The notes: generated by a model from the sequence alone, not told the origin. Counted from the stretch's first letter, positions 19,291-28,320 are shown. The stretch is DNA of 37,136 nucleotides from an uncultured Treponemataceae bacterium (GCA_964552925.1 CAZKJA010000001.1:1-37136), one strand, 5' to 3'. Program-made: numbers and translations.

Positions 19291-20937
19291 ATGAACAGCG
19301 TAGGCATCGGCATGGTGCTCGACCTGGTGATGAACCTGACGATCCTCATTTCCTTGACAATCCTGTCGGATTTCGTCGAGAACCGCATGCCTCGGACATC
19401 CCGCGCTGGCGTTGTCCTCCAGGGAATACTGTTCGGAACAGCGGCAGTGATCGGCATGCTCAAACCCCTGGTGATCGGACCCGGGCTCATTTTCGACGGC
19501 CGCTCCATCATGGTGAGCCTGTGCGCCTGGTTCTTCGGACCCTTGGCCGCTGTCATCGCGAGCTTCATGCCGCTGGCGCTCCGGATATCGATAGGCGGAT
19601 CCGGCATGGTCATGGGGATCCTGGTAATCGTTTCGTCAGCCGGGATCGGCCTCTTCGCCAGAAAAAGACGCAAGCCCGAGGACAAACCGCCAAGAACCGC
19701 GGGGTTGTACGCGTTCGGCCTCGCAGTCCACGTCGTGATGCTCGCTTGCATGTTCACCCTGCCCGCCGGAGTCGGCATAAGTACCTTCCAGCGCGTCGGC
19801 CCCCTCGTCATCGCGATGTACCCGTTGGCTACCATATTGGCTGGCAAGATCCTGTCCGACCAGATCAAATCGAGGTTGGCGGTATCCGCGCTGCTCGAGA
19901 GCGAAGAACGGTTCAATCTCAGCATGGAAGCGACAAGCGATGGACTGTGGGACCTGGACGTGGCTTCCGATATCGCGTACTACAACAAGACGTACTACAG
20001 GATCCTCGGTTACGAACCGGGCGAATACACCGGCACCGGCGAGGCATGGCGCTCGCGACTCCATCCCGATGACTTGGAGCGGACACTGGAAGCCAACCGG
20101 CATTGCATCGACGGAGTAAGCGATTTCATCGATTCCGAGTACCGGCTCAAGGCGAAAGACGGAACCTGGCGATGGATCCGGGCGCGGGGCAAGTGCGTGG
20201 CCCGCGATGAACAAGGAAAGGCGCTGCGTCTTGTCGGGACCCATGTCGACATCACCGAGCGCAGGGAAGCCCAGGAGCGTCTACGGAGCAATCTCGAGGA
20301 AAAGGAAGTGCTCCTGCGCGAGGTGCACCATCGCGTCAAGAACAACCTGAACGTCATATCCAGCCTGCTCAACCTGCAGGCTTCCGTCATCCAGACGCCA
20401 GGGCAGGCGATCGATGCGTTCCGGAACAGCAGCGACAGGGTGATGGCAATGTCCTTGGTTCACGAAGAACTGTACAAAACGAGGGATTACGCCCGCGTCG
20501 ACATGAGCGACTACGTAGCCAGGCTTATCGACCAATTATCCATCGTGCACGGCTCCAGCGGCTTCGTGAAGCTCATCGATGAATCCGAGGACGTCATCCT
20601 CGATGTCAGCACCTCGATACCGTGCGGGCTCATCCTGAACGAGCTTATAACCAACGCCTACAAATACGCGTTTCCCGATGAAAAAAAAGGCGAAATTCGT
20701 GTCATTATACGTCCGGTTGGCGATGGTAATGTCGAGATAGTCGTCGCCGATGACGGCGTGGGACTGCCGGATGGGTACGATTTCGAGAGACAGGATACCC
20801 TGGGCATCACCTTGGTACGGCTTCTGGTAAAGCAACTCTCCGGAACCCTCGAAGTCAGATCCTCCGAAGCAAGCCCGCATAGCGGGGCGACGTTCAGGAT
20901 CGTATTCCCCGCGGCTCCGGTCCCATCGATGGCGTGA
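19291..20937 (+). CDS. sensor histidine kinase: LytS/YhcK-type 5TM receptor domain, PAS, HisKA_2, HATPase
   Basis: The N-terminal membrane module has GILFGTAAVIGML...IFDGRSIMVSLCAWFFGP. PAS covers MEATSDGLWDLD...LVGTHVDITERREA. The H-box is EVHHRVKNNLNVISSLLNLQ, followed by ELITNAYKYAF and DDGVGLP. No response regulator gene is adjacent. Confidence 0.85.
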   Translation: MNSVGIGMVLDLVMNLTILISLTILSDFVENRMPRTSRAGVVLQGILFGTAAVIGMLKPLVIGPGLIFDGRSIMVSLCAWFFGPLAAVIASFMPLALRISIGGSGMVMGILVIVSSAGIGLFARKRRKPEDKPPRTAGLYAFGLAVHVVMLACMFTLPAGVGISTFQRVGPLVIAMYPLATILAGKILSDQIKSRLAVSALLESEERFNLSMEATSDGLWDLDVASDIAYYNKTYYRILGYEPGEYTGTGEAWRSRLHPDDLERTLEANRHCIDGVSDFIDSEYRLKAKDGTWRWIRARGKCVARDEQGKALRLVGTHVDITERREAQERLRSNLEEKEVLLREVHHRVKNNLNVISSLLNLQASVIQTPGQAIDAFRNSSDRVMAMSLVHEELYKTRDYARVDMSDYVARLIDQLSIVHGSSGFVKLIDESEDVILDVSTSIPCGLILNELITNAYKYAFPDEKKGEIRVIIRPVGDGNVEIVVADDGVGLPDGYDFERQDTLGITLVRLLVKQLSGTLEVRSSEASPHSGATFRIVFPAAPVPSMA

Positions 20938-20962
20938 CACCGCGCCCCGAATCGGTTATGAT
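20934..20962 (+). promoter_or_regulatory. candidate sigma70 promoter just upstream of the cyclase gene
   Basis: GTGACA (20934-20939), 17 nt spacer, TATGAT (20957-20962). The predicted start is about 4-5 nt before ATG 20974, and there is no clear SD. The -35 hexamer overlaps the kinase stop codon. Confidence 0.4.
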
Positions 20963-20973
20963 CGACGCCGGAC

Positions 20974-22242
20974 ATGAAATTCCTTCCCCGGCGCTACCTA
21001 GAAGAATTTTTCCTCTACTCGAGCCAGTTTGTATTGTTCTTCATAATAATACTGTTCAGTTCACCGGCGATCATCCGTCCCGAGAGCGCCGCCCTCGTCT
21101 CGCTCATAGGCTTCCTGCTGGCACAGATCGCGCTTCTCGCCCGCTGGGGGCATCGCCCGCTCAACCGTTTCTTCTTCTCGTTGATGACGCCGTTTGGGTA
21201 TACGATCCTGCAGTCGATTTCCGGGCCCGCCAAAGCTATCGATATGGCGAGCTTTTTCCTGTGGGCGACGGCGCTCTATCTGGGAGGCATCCAGGCCTTG
21301 GCAATATTGTTCCGGCGGAAGTGGCCCAAGCGCCTGGCGGAGATATTCCTGACCCTCGGCACAATCTTCACGTTCATATTCTTCTACTTTTACCTTGATC
21401 TACGGCTTTCGAGCATCAGCGCGTACGAGGCCAAGGAACTGGGCTATGCCGGGCTCGTCGAAAGCCTCTCCCTGACCAATTTCATACCGGCTTTCATCAA
21501 ATTCGCGGGCAGGCTACAGCACCTGTTCTTCATGTTCGGCGCCCTGATGTTCGGATCGTTCCAGGTGGCGGACAAGATCAGACAGGTTTCGCTGAAGGCG
21601 CGCCTTGACGCCGTATACGCGGTCGTCACGCCTCCCGGGCCGGATGCCTCGCTCGAAGGCCAGATAGCCAGCGGCGAGAAGCTAGACGTTGTGATCCTCT
21701 ACGCCGACCTGTGGAACTTCACCCCCATAGCCGAGAAGGAAGGCGCCCGCGCGACTATTGGCTTGCTCAACCGCTACTACGCGCTCTGGGACGTGGTCGC
21801 CAGGCGCCACAAGGGCGTAGTCGAGCAGTTTGTCGGCGATACGGCAATCCTGGTATTCGGGATGATGGGCGAAAAGGACGCTGCCGACGATGCCGTAGCC
21901 TGCGCCTTCGATTTCCTGTACGAGTTTTCGCACCTGCAGGAAGACCTGGCGGAGCACCGGCTGCCCTTGGTCAAGCACATGGGCATCGGCGTGCACGCCG
22001 GCAAGGTCGCTGTGGGCGAACTCGCTTCGGCGAGCGGCGTGCAACGGATACGGGTCATCGGCGACGCTGTCAACATAGCGGCCCGCCTCGACGCGTTATG
22101 CCGCGAATTCAAGCAGGACCTGCTCATCAGCCAACCGGTCTACAAGCAGCTTTCGCTTGAACCCCAGTCGCGCTTCCAGCCGATGGGCGAGGTCCTGTTC
22201 CGCGGCAAAACCCAACCCCAGGCCGTCTACGGCAAGAAGTAG
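20974..22242 (+). CDS. membrane-anchored class III nucleotidyl cyclase (6TM + CHD catalytic domain)
   Basis: About 200 aa of hydrophobic N-terminus, then VVILYADLWNFTPIAE...VEQFVGDTAILVFG...MGIGVHAGKVAVGE...RVIGDAVNIAARL. Both metal Asp residues, the transition-state Asn and the Arg are present. Confidence 0.85.
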   Translation: MKFLPRRYLEEFFLYSSQFVLFFIIILFSSPAIIRPESAALVSLIGFLLAQIALLARWGHRPLNRFFFSLMTPFGYTILQSISGPAKAIDMASFFLWATALYLGGIQALAILFRRKWPKRLAEIFLTLGTIFTFIFFYFYLDLRLSSISAYEAKELGYAGLVESLSLTNFIPAFIKFAGRLQHLFFMFGALMFGSFQVADKIRQVSLKARLDAVYAVVTPPGPDASLEGQIASGEKLDVVILYADLWNFTPIAEKEGARATIGLLNRYYALWDVVARRHKGVVEQFVGDTAILVFGMMGEKDAADDAVACAFDFLYEFSHLQEDLAEHRLPLVKHMGIGVHAGKVAVGELASASGVQRIRVIGDAVNIAARLDALCREFKQDLLISQPVYKQLSLEPQSRFQPMGEVLFRGKTQPQAVYGKK

Positions 22243-22323
22243 GCCTTCGCTCGCGTAGCACCGCTCCAGGATGAATATGGCGGCTTTGCCCCGACGGGTT
22301 TATACTCGGTCCGGGGGGCCCGC

Positions 22324-25300
22324 ATGCGCAAGATCCCGTCGTTAGCCATTCTCTCCATCCTCGTCCTGTGCACTTCCTTCGCGACGGCTCAGCAGGCTGT
22401 CCAGGCAACCCGGGTTAGGCTGTCCGTACAGATAGGGCACGGAGGCGCGATAGACCGCCTCGCCGCCTCGCCCGATGGGCGGCTCGTCGTCTCCCATGAC
22501 CGTGACCGCGAGATATCCATACTGTGGAGCGTACGGAGCGGCCGCCAAGTCGCAACCTTCAGCGGCAAGCCTGCCGCTTACCCGTTCGTCGGGGGGCGTG
22601 CCGTCGTCTTTACCACCGACTCGTCGATAGCGATATACGACCCGGCCACGGGCACGAGCGTCGCCAGGTTCCTGCCGGGCGAAATGGTGTTCGATTCCGC
22701 GGCGGCCTCGGGCGGGAACCGGGCCGCTGTACTCTCCTGGCGAGAGTCTACGAGCGCGGTGACATTGCTGTCCGGCCGGGAGCTCGAGATACAGGGAACA
22801 TTGACGCCCAAGGACGCCCGCCTCGCCGCCGGATTCGCCTCGATAGCGCTCTCCGACGATGGTGCCTGGCTCGCGACGGGATCGTCAAGGGGCGAGCTGA
22901 CGCTATGGGACGCCGGGCGGCGGGTCGCTGTATGGAGCGTCAAGGCGCACACCGCGAGTATCGAAGGTATCCGATTCTCGCCGGGCGGGGACAGGATATA
23001 TTCGCACGCCGAAGGCGGCCAGATCGCCATAAGCGCGCGCGATACGGGATCGAGGATCGGCGGCGCGTCCGCGGCCAGCGGAGACCGCGTCTGGCTCGAC
23101 TCGGCAGCGGGGACGGCGCTCGTGGCGGGCGCGGGCGGCATCGATATCCTGGAAGCCTCTTCCGGTAAATCCATGGGGCGCATCCCCGGCAAGGGCTTCA
23201 AGGGGCCGGTCAGCTCGTCGACCGGCGGGACGACGGTATTCGCCTCGGAAGGCGAAGCGTTCTCGTCGCTCGATCCGGTTTCCGGTTCCGCCCTCGGGAA
23301 ATTCTCCGGATCCGGCGTTTTCGGGGGGAGGGCATCCTTCGCCTCGGGCGGTTCGGGGTTGTTCATCGTCTCCAGTCGGTCGGGACGGATCATGTACCGG
23401 GACGCCCTGGATTTCCGCGCCGTCGAATCACCGCAATGGCCAGGGGAAGGAGTCCCCGCCGCCGTCTCCGACGATTTGTCGCTCGCTGTGGCGAGGGGCG
23501 GGGATGGTAGCCTCCGCCTCGTCGAAACCGCGACGGGTTCGGTCCTCGTCGCTCCGGTCGTCGAGCCGACCGGAGCGATAATCGAGATAGCCCGGCTCGG
23601 AAGCGGGTACGGATTCTACAACCTGGACATACCAAGCAAGTCCCTCGACATCCAGGATGCGCGGACCGGCAAAGTCATGCGGTCGATACGCCTGGGCGGA
23701 TCGCATGTCAGCCCGGTCTTCGGCGTATCGCCGGACGGGTCTTTCGTCGTCGCGTTCTCCCTCGGGATGCTCGGGATCAAGTCGGCCTCGTCGATCTGGG
23801 ACGCGGGTACGGGGAAGAAACGGGCGACGCTCGACTCGTCTTCCGAGTGGCCAGCAGATATCGCCGTGTCGCCGGACGGCTCGAAGATCGCCGTGGCCAC
23901 GCTTTTCGGCGCCTTGAGCCTGTACGACTCTGCCAAGGGCAGCACCCTGCGCCGACTCGTCGAAGGGGAGACCGTAGCCGGGACGCTCTCGTCGTTCCGG
24001 GCGGGCGTGATAGCGTTCTCCCGGGACGGCATGACGCTTTTCGCGGGTAGCCACGACGGTCTCGTGCGAAGCTGGGACGTATCGAGTGGGGAAGCCGGGA
24101 AGAGTTACGAGGGCCACATCGCCGGGGTCGCCTCCATCGCGACGTCCCCCGATGGGAAACGCCTGCTCACCGCATCGCGCGATGGAACGGCACGGCTTTG
24201 GGACCTCGGTACCGGCGAGGCGTTGGTCGGCGTGGCTATCGGCGACGACGGGAAGGATTATGTCGCGTGGACGCCCGAGGGATACTTTACCGGGACGGAC
24301 GGCGCCATACGGCGGACGCTCAACATCGTCTCCGGATCGGACGCGTTCGCGATTGACAGCTTCTTCGAGAAGCTCTATCGACCCGATCTTGTAGGGATCA
24401 AGGCCGGCGGCGGGAGGATAGAAGGCGCCACAGCCAGGGTAAGGGAACTCGTCGCGTCGATGGCCGACGCGGCGAAGGCGGGCGTGACCCTCGAAATCCT
24501 CGACGCGGCGGGAAGGTGGGTTTCGGCCGCGTCATACCCGGTCGGCGCGATCGACGCGAAGGACGGCTACGCGAACGTCCGCGTAGCCGTCGAAGGCGGT
24601 GCGTCCGGCCCGAGGCTATATGCGAACGGCAAGCTCCTCGGAGAGGGGGAGCGAGGCCTCGCTGTCGTCGGCACGGCACGGAGCGGCGTCTACCGGGTGC
24701 CGCTTGTCGAAGGGAAGAACGAGTTGGTGGCGATCGCCTCCGGCGGCGTATCCTCCGAGGTACGTTCGAAGGCCATCGCTGTCGAGTACGTACCGCCGGC
24801 GGTACTGAAGCCGTCTTTGTACGCGATAGTCGTCGGCATCGATGAATACCTTAACGGAGCCTATAGCCTGCGATATTCCGTGGAAGACGCCGTGGGCTTC
24901 GCCGACTCCCTCGCGTCCGGGGCCAAGGGCCTGTTCGGGACGGTCGAAGTCTCTCTACTCCTCGACGGGCGTGCGACGAAACCCGCTCTCGTCGAGGCGT
25001 TCGGGAAGGTCGCCGCCAAAGCGTCTCCACAGGACGTCTTCGTGCTGTATTACGCCGGGCATGGCATAGCCATGGATACCGGGACCGGGGGAAACGATTT
25101 CCATTACGTACTGGCCGATGTCACCCATATGACGAGCGTCGGGTCCCTGGCAGCGAACGGCCTGTCCTCGTCGGAGGTAAGAGCCTTGCTCGCCGCTATC
25201 CCGGCCGCGAAGCAGGCGCTGTTCATCGACGCGTGCAATTCCGGATCTTTCGCGGAGGGTTTCGTCACGCGCGGCGCGGCGGAGGAGACAGCCCTCGTGC

Positions 25301-25569
25301 GCCTGGCGCGCTCCGCCGGTACCGTCATAATCGCGTCGACGACGAGCGAGCAGCAGGCCATAGAGGCGGCGGAGCTGGGCCACGGCCTTTTTACCTACCT
25401 GCTCCTGCAGGGGATAGCGAAAGGCCGCGGCGAGATCACCGCCAAGGGTCTCGGCATGTACATCGAGGAACGGCTCCCCGGGCTAGCCCTCAAATACCGG
25501 GGCTCGAGGCAGTATCCGGTGACCTTCGCCTTCGGCCAGGACTTTCCCCTCGGACTCGGGTCTGACTGA
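22324..25569 (+). CDS. secreted WD40/beta-propeller repeat protein with C-terminal caspase-like (peptidase C14) domain
   Basis: Signal peptide MRKIPSLAILSILVLCTSFATAQQ. Repeated SPDG/SDDG...W(D/S) blades end in canonical WD repeats (GSHDGLVRSWDV, ASRDGTARLWDL). A beta-sandwich-like linker follows. The C14 domain has LYAIVVGIDEY, the His in VLYYAGHG (codon 25060-25062) and the Cys in FIDACNSG (codon 25234-25236). Confidence 0.85.
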   Translation: MRKIPSLAILSILVLCTSFATAQQAVQATRVRLSVQIGHGGAIDRLAASPDGRLVVSHDRDREISILWSVRSGRQVATFSGKPAAYPFVGGRAVVFTTDSSIAIYDPATGTSVARFLPGEMVFDSAAASGGNRAAVLSWRESTSAVTLLSGRELEIQGTLTPKDARLAAGFASIALSDDGAWLATGSSRGELTLWDAGRRVAVWSVKAHTASIEGIRFSPGGDRIYSHAEGGQIAISARDTGSRIGGASAASGDRVWLDSAAGTALVAGAGGIDILEASSGKSMGRIPGKGFKGPVSSSTGGTTVFASEGEAFSSLDPVSGSALGKFSGSGVFGGRASFASGGSGLFIVSSRSGRIMYRDALDFRAVESPQWPGEGVPAAVSDDLSLAVARGGDGSLRLVETATGSVLVAPVVEPTGAIIEIARLGSGYGFYNLDIPSKSLDIQDARTGKVMRSIRLGGSHVSPVFGVSPDGSFVVAFSLGMLGIKSASSIWDAGTGKKRATLDSSSEWPADIAVSPDGSKIAVATLFGALSLYDSAKGSTLRRLVEGETVAGTLSSFRAGVIAFSRDGMTLFAGSHDGLVRSWDVSSGEAGKSYEGHIAGVASIATSPDGKRLLTASRDGTARLWDLGTGEALVGVAIGDDGKDYVAWTPEGYFTGTDGAIRRTLNIVSGSDAFAIDSFFEKLYRPDLVGIKAGGGRIEGATARVRELVASMADAAKAGVTLEILDAAGRWVSAASYPVGAIDAKDGYANVRVAVEGGASGPRLYANGKLLGEGERGLAVVGTARSGVYRVPLVEGKNELVAIASGGVSSEVRSKAIAVEYVPPAVLKPSLYAIVVGIDEYLNGAYSLRYSVEDAVGFADSLASGAKGLFGTVEVSLLLDGRATKPALVEAFGKVAAKASPQDVFVLYYAGHGIAMDTGTGGNDFHYVLADVTHMTSVGSLAANGLSSSEVRALLAAIPAAKQALFIDACNSGSFAEGFVTRGAAEETALVRLARSAGTVIIASTTSEQQAIEAAELGHGLFTYLLLQGIAKGRGEITAKGLGMYIEERLPGLALKYRGSRQYPVTFAFGQDFPLGLGSD

Positions 25570-25581
25570 GGCTCTGCCGCC

Positions 25582-27303
25582 TTACGTGGCGGCGACGAAG
25601 CGTTTGACTTTCTTGGTCGTCGTCATCTCCAGAGGTTCGGCCAGTATCGTGACCTTGTCGATTCGCGAATAAGGCATCATTGTCGCGTTGACCTGGTCCA
25701 CAACCTTGCGCAGGTGCGTCTCGATGGACGCCTTGTCCCAGGACTTGCCGGTCTTTGCGGCATCCTGGTCGAACCAGTCCTTGCTCGGGAAGACAAGCGC
25801 CTCGATGCCTTCTATCTTCTGTTCCTTGTCGAGTTCATGGCCTTTTATCATGATCTGCTCGACTTCGGTGTATAGCTGGAAACGGTTCTCGATTTCTTCC
25901 GGATAGACGTTTTTGCCGCCTTCGGTGACTATCATGTTCTTGGCGCGGCCCGTCAGGTAGACGTAGTTGTTGGCGTCCAGGTAGCCGACGTCGCCGGTCT
26001 TGAACCAGCCGTCCCCGGTGAATACTTCGTCGGTGGCCGCCTTGTTCTTGTAGTAGCCTTGCATGACCATCGGGCCCTTCACCGCGATTTCGCCGCGGCC
26101 TTCGGAATCCGGGTCGAGAATCTTCATCTGCACCTGCGGTATCAGCTTGCCGACGCTCGTCTCTTCGTACGCCTCGACAGGGTTGAGGGTCAGGATGGGG
26201 CTGGTCTCGGTCAGGCCGTAGCCTTGAACAAAGTCGATGCCAAGCTGGTTGTACTTCCTGAACACGCTGGGCGCGAGAGGGCCGCCGCCGGAGATGCATA
26301 CGCGGATTGTGCGAAGGCTGGCCTTGTCCAGCACCGAGCCGAACATCTTCTTGCCCGGATTCACCTTGAAGGCTTTCTTGGTAAAGCCCGAGACTGCCAT
26401 CAGGAAGCCCATGAGCCCGCTGACGAGCGGTCCCTTGGCCTTTATGCCTTTGAGAATGCCGGCGAGCACCTTGTTGAACAGGAGAGGCACGCCGAGGAAC
26501 ATCGTCACCCTGGCTTCCTTCAGTTCCTTGAGGATGGCGCTCGTCACCATGCGCTGGCCGAATACAAGCTCCGCGCCCGTGGAGATCGCTTCGATGAAGA
26601 CTGCGAGCATCGTGTACGAATGATGGATCGGCAGGAGGGCGTAGAATACGTCGGTATGGTAGACGTCAAGGTTCGCCTGCGCGAGGAAGCAGTCGGCAAC
26701 GAAGTTGGAATGGGTGAGCATGACGCCCTTGGGCGTGCCGGTTGTGCCGCTTGTGAACAGGATCGCGGCGAGGTCCGTTTCGGAGGCCGGGAAGATGTCT
26801 GGAACGGGACCGGTGGCCTCGAGTTCGTAGGCGTACCCCGGCTTGTTCCTCGAAAGCGACCAACGATGCTTCAAGCCGAGCCTGGCGGGGTCGAGCGCGT
26901 CGAACTTCTCCTCGTCGACGAATTCCGCTACCGCGTCGGAGGCGCGGATTATGTTTTCGATCTCGTCGTTCCGGATCTGGTAGTCGATGGGGACGACAGT
27001 CGCGCCGGCGTACATTATGGCGAGGTAGGCGACGGCCCATTCCGGCGCGTTCTTGCCGGTTACGACTACCTTGTCGCCATTTTTTATTCCCTGCGCCGCG
27101 AGGAACGCCGCCAGCCGTTCTATCTTGGCCAAGGATTGCGAGTAGCTTAGGCTTACGCGGTCCGGATCGTATACGGTGAAGCATGGGCGATCGGGGTGGC
27201 GGGAAGCAGTGATAGCGAATAGTTCCGGCAAGGTAGGCCAGGTGCCTTTAAAGTTCTTGCCCCTGTACTCATCCAGGAATTTCCAAGGCATCCGTTCTGA
27301 CAT
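25582..27303 (-). CDS. long-chain acyl-CoA synthetase (AMP-forming, FadD-like)
   Basis: AMP-binding signature LFTSGTTGTPKGVMLTHSN, plus GYGLTETS and TGDVGYLD. Start set at ATG 27301-27303 (MSERMPWKF), preceded on the minus strand by GGAGG with a 7-nt spacer. Confidence 0.9.
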   Translation of the reverse strand: MSERMPWKFLDEYRGKNFKGTWPTLPELFAITASRHPDRPCFTVYDPDRVSLSYSQSLAKIERLAAFLAAQGIKNGDKVVVTGKNAPEWAVAYLAIMYAGATVVPIDYQIRNDEIENIIRASDAVAEFVDEEKFDALDPARLGLKHRWSLSRNKPGYAYELEATGPVPDIFPASETDLAAILFTSGTTGTPKGVMLTHSNFVADCFLAQANLDVYHTDVFYALLPIHHSYTMLAVFIEAISTGAELVFGQRMVTSAILKELKEARVTMFLGVPLLFNKVLAGILKGIKAKGPLVSGLMGFLMAVSGFTKKAFKVNPGKKMFGSVLDKASLRTIRVCISGGGPLAPSVFRKYNQLGIDFVQGYGLTETSPILTLNPVEAYEETSVGKLIPQVQMKILDPDSEGRGEIAVKGPMVMQGYYKNKAATDEVFTGDGWFKTGDVGYLDANNYVYLTGRAKNMIVTEGGKNVYPEEIENRFQLYTEVEQIMIKGHELDKEQKIEGIEALVFPSKDWFDQDAAKTGKSWDKASIETHLRKVVDQVNATMMPYSRIDKVTILAEPLEMTTTKKVKRFVAAT

Positions 27304-27382
27304 TTCGAAACCTCCATCAATCGATAAAGCGCGCAATGGCGCATGGGCTTTTTCGACACCGTAGAAGCCAGGTGGTTGCGTT

Positions 27383-27412
27383 ATTATAGTCCGGAATCGC
27401 CGAGTTTGTAAC
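27383..27412 (-). promoter_or_regulatory. candidate sigma70 promoter for the acyl-CoA synthetase gene
   Basis: Minus strand: GTTACA (27412-27407), 18 nt spacer, consensus TATAAT (27388-27383). It lies about 75 nt upstream of ATG 27303. Confidence 0.4.
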
Positions 27413-27428
27413 TTGCGGGAGTCCTGGC

Positions 27429-27458
27429 TTGTCTATCCTCGGGCGGGATACATATACT
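27429..27458 (+). promoter_or_regulatory. candidate promoter for the lipoprotein gene
   Basis: TTGTCT (27429-27434), 18 nt spacer, TATACT (27453-27458), then GGAGG (27471-27475) and ATG 27480. Confidence 0.35.
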
Positions 27459-27479
27459 TCCCTTTGCAGCGGAGGTTCG

Positions 27480-28211
27480 ATGCGGTTTTTTACTTCGGCG
27501 ATTGTATGTGCACTCGTGGCGATGGCGGCTTCATGCGGTGCCGGCATCGATCTTTCCATACGGCCGGACCGTTCGGCTGTCATAACCCTCTCTGTCGAAG
27601 TGCCCGCCGCCCTCGACGCCAAGATCAGGCAATTCGCGGGGAGCGCTTCGGGTTCCCCTTCGGGCAAGTCCATCCCGTTGTTCGACGCCAAGGCCATCGA
27701 GGCTTCCGCTCGGGGCAGGGGCCTCGCCGTGAAGGAATCGTCAGCGCCGTCGACGCGATCCTACCGGGGTGTTTTTACCGCCTCCGACCTGACGGTCCTG
27801 CTCGCCGGCGACGCGCGCCTGGCCGAGGCCGTGCGGTACGAGCGGGGAACCGGATGGGCTTCGCTCCGGGTCCGGATAGACAGGGGAAACGCGGCCGCGG
27901 TCGCGGACCTGTTCCCGGGTTTGGATCCGGACCTGCTCGAGTCGCTTCAGCCGCCGGCGCTTTACGACAACCCGGTCACTGTCGAGGAATACCGCTCGAT
28001 GCTCGCCGGTCTGCTCGGCCGGACGGCGGCCTCCTCCCTCGACGACCTGTCGGTCGGCTTGAGCGTGTCGTTGCCCGGCGACGTAATCGAATCGTCGGGC
28101 ACAGCGGCGGTACGGAGCGGCAAGCAGCCGGGCGCGTCAATCGAGCTGCGAGCCCTCGACGCCATGGTACTGTCCAGTCCCATCGAGTTCTACCTGAAAT
28201 GGACGGAGTAA
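27480..28211 (+). CDS. hypothetical lipoprotein
   Basis: MRFFTSAIVCALVAMAASCGAG has a signal peptide with a lipobox-like AASC. The remainder is Ala/Ser/Leu-rich with no motif I recognise. Start moved to ATG 27480, behind GGAGG. Confidence 0.6.
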   Translation: MRFFTSAIVCALVAMAASCGAGIDLSIRPDRSAVITLSVEVPAALDAKIRQFAGSASGSPSGKSIPLFDAKAIEASARGRGLAVKESSAPSTRSYRGVFTASDLTVLLAGDARLAEAVRYERGTGWASLRVRIDRGNAAAVADLFPGLDPDLLESLQPPALYDNPVTVEEYRSMLAGLLGRTAASSLDDLSVGLSVSLPGDVIESSGTAAVRSGKQPGASIELRALDAMVLSSPIEFYLKWTE

Positions 28212-28255
28212 GGCATACCCTCCGTATCGCCTCCATGCCGGATTCCGCACTTTGA

Positions 28256-28284
28256 TTGACATCGCCCGCAGGCTGTGACACCAT
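28256..28284 (+). promoter_or_regulatory. candidate promoter (extended -10 type) for the PP2C/STAS/kinase operon
   Basis: TTGACA (28256-28261), 17 nt spacer ending in TGa, then CACCAT (28279-28284). GAGGAG (28307-28312) and the TTG start at 28321 follow. Confidence 0.35.
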
Positions 28285-28320
28285 ACAGTATCATCGGTGC
28301 ACGCGTGAGGAGCGGATGCT

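Noticed and set aside
19291-25569. Reading the cyclase plus caspase as a Pycsar/CBASS-type cyclic-nucleotide anti-phage system.
   Set aside because: The cyclase is a 6TM signalling-type CHD enzyme. The putative effector has no cNMP- or oligonucleotide-binding domain and carries an export signal. No phage, mobile or other defence genes flank it. It is kept only as a generic signalling hypothesis.
25576-25593. GCCGCC-ttacgt-GGCGGC hairpin between the convergent caspase and acyl-CoA synthetase genes, considered as a bidirectional terminator.
   Set aside because: The stem is only 6 bp, there is no U/A tract on either side, and the 3' arm lies inside the synthetase coding sequence.
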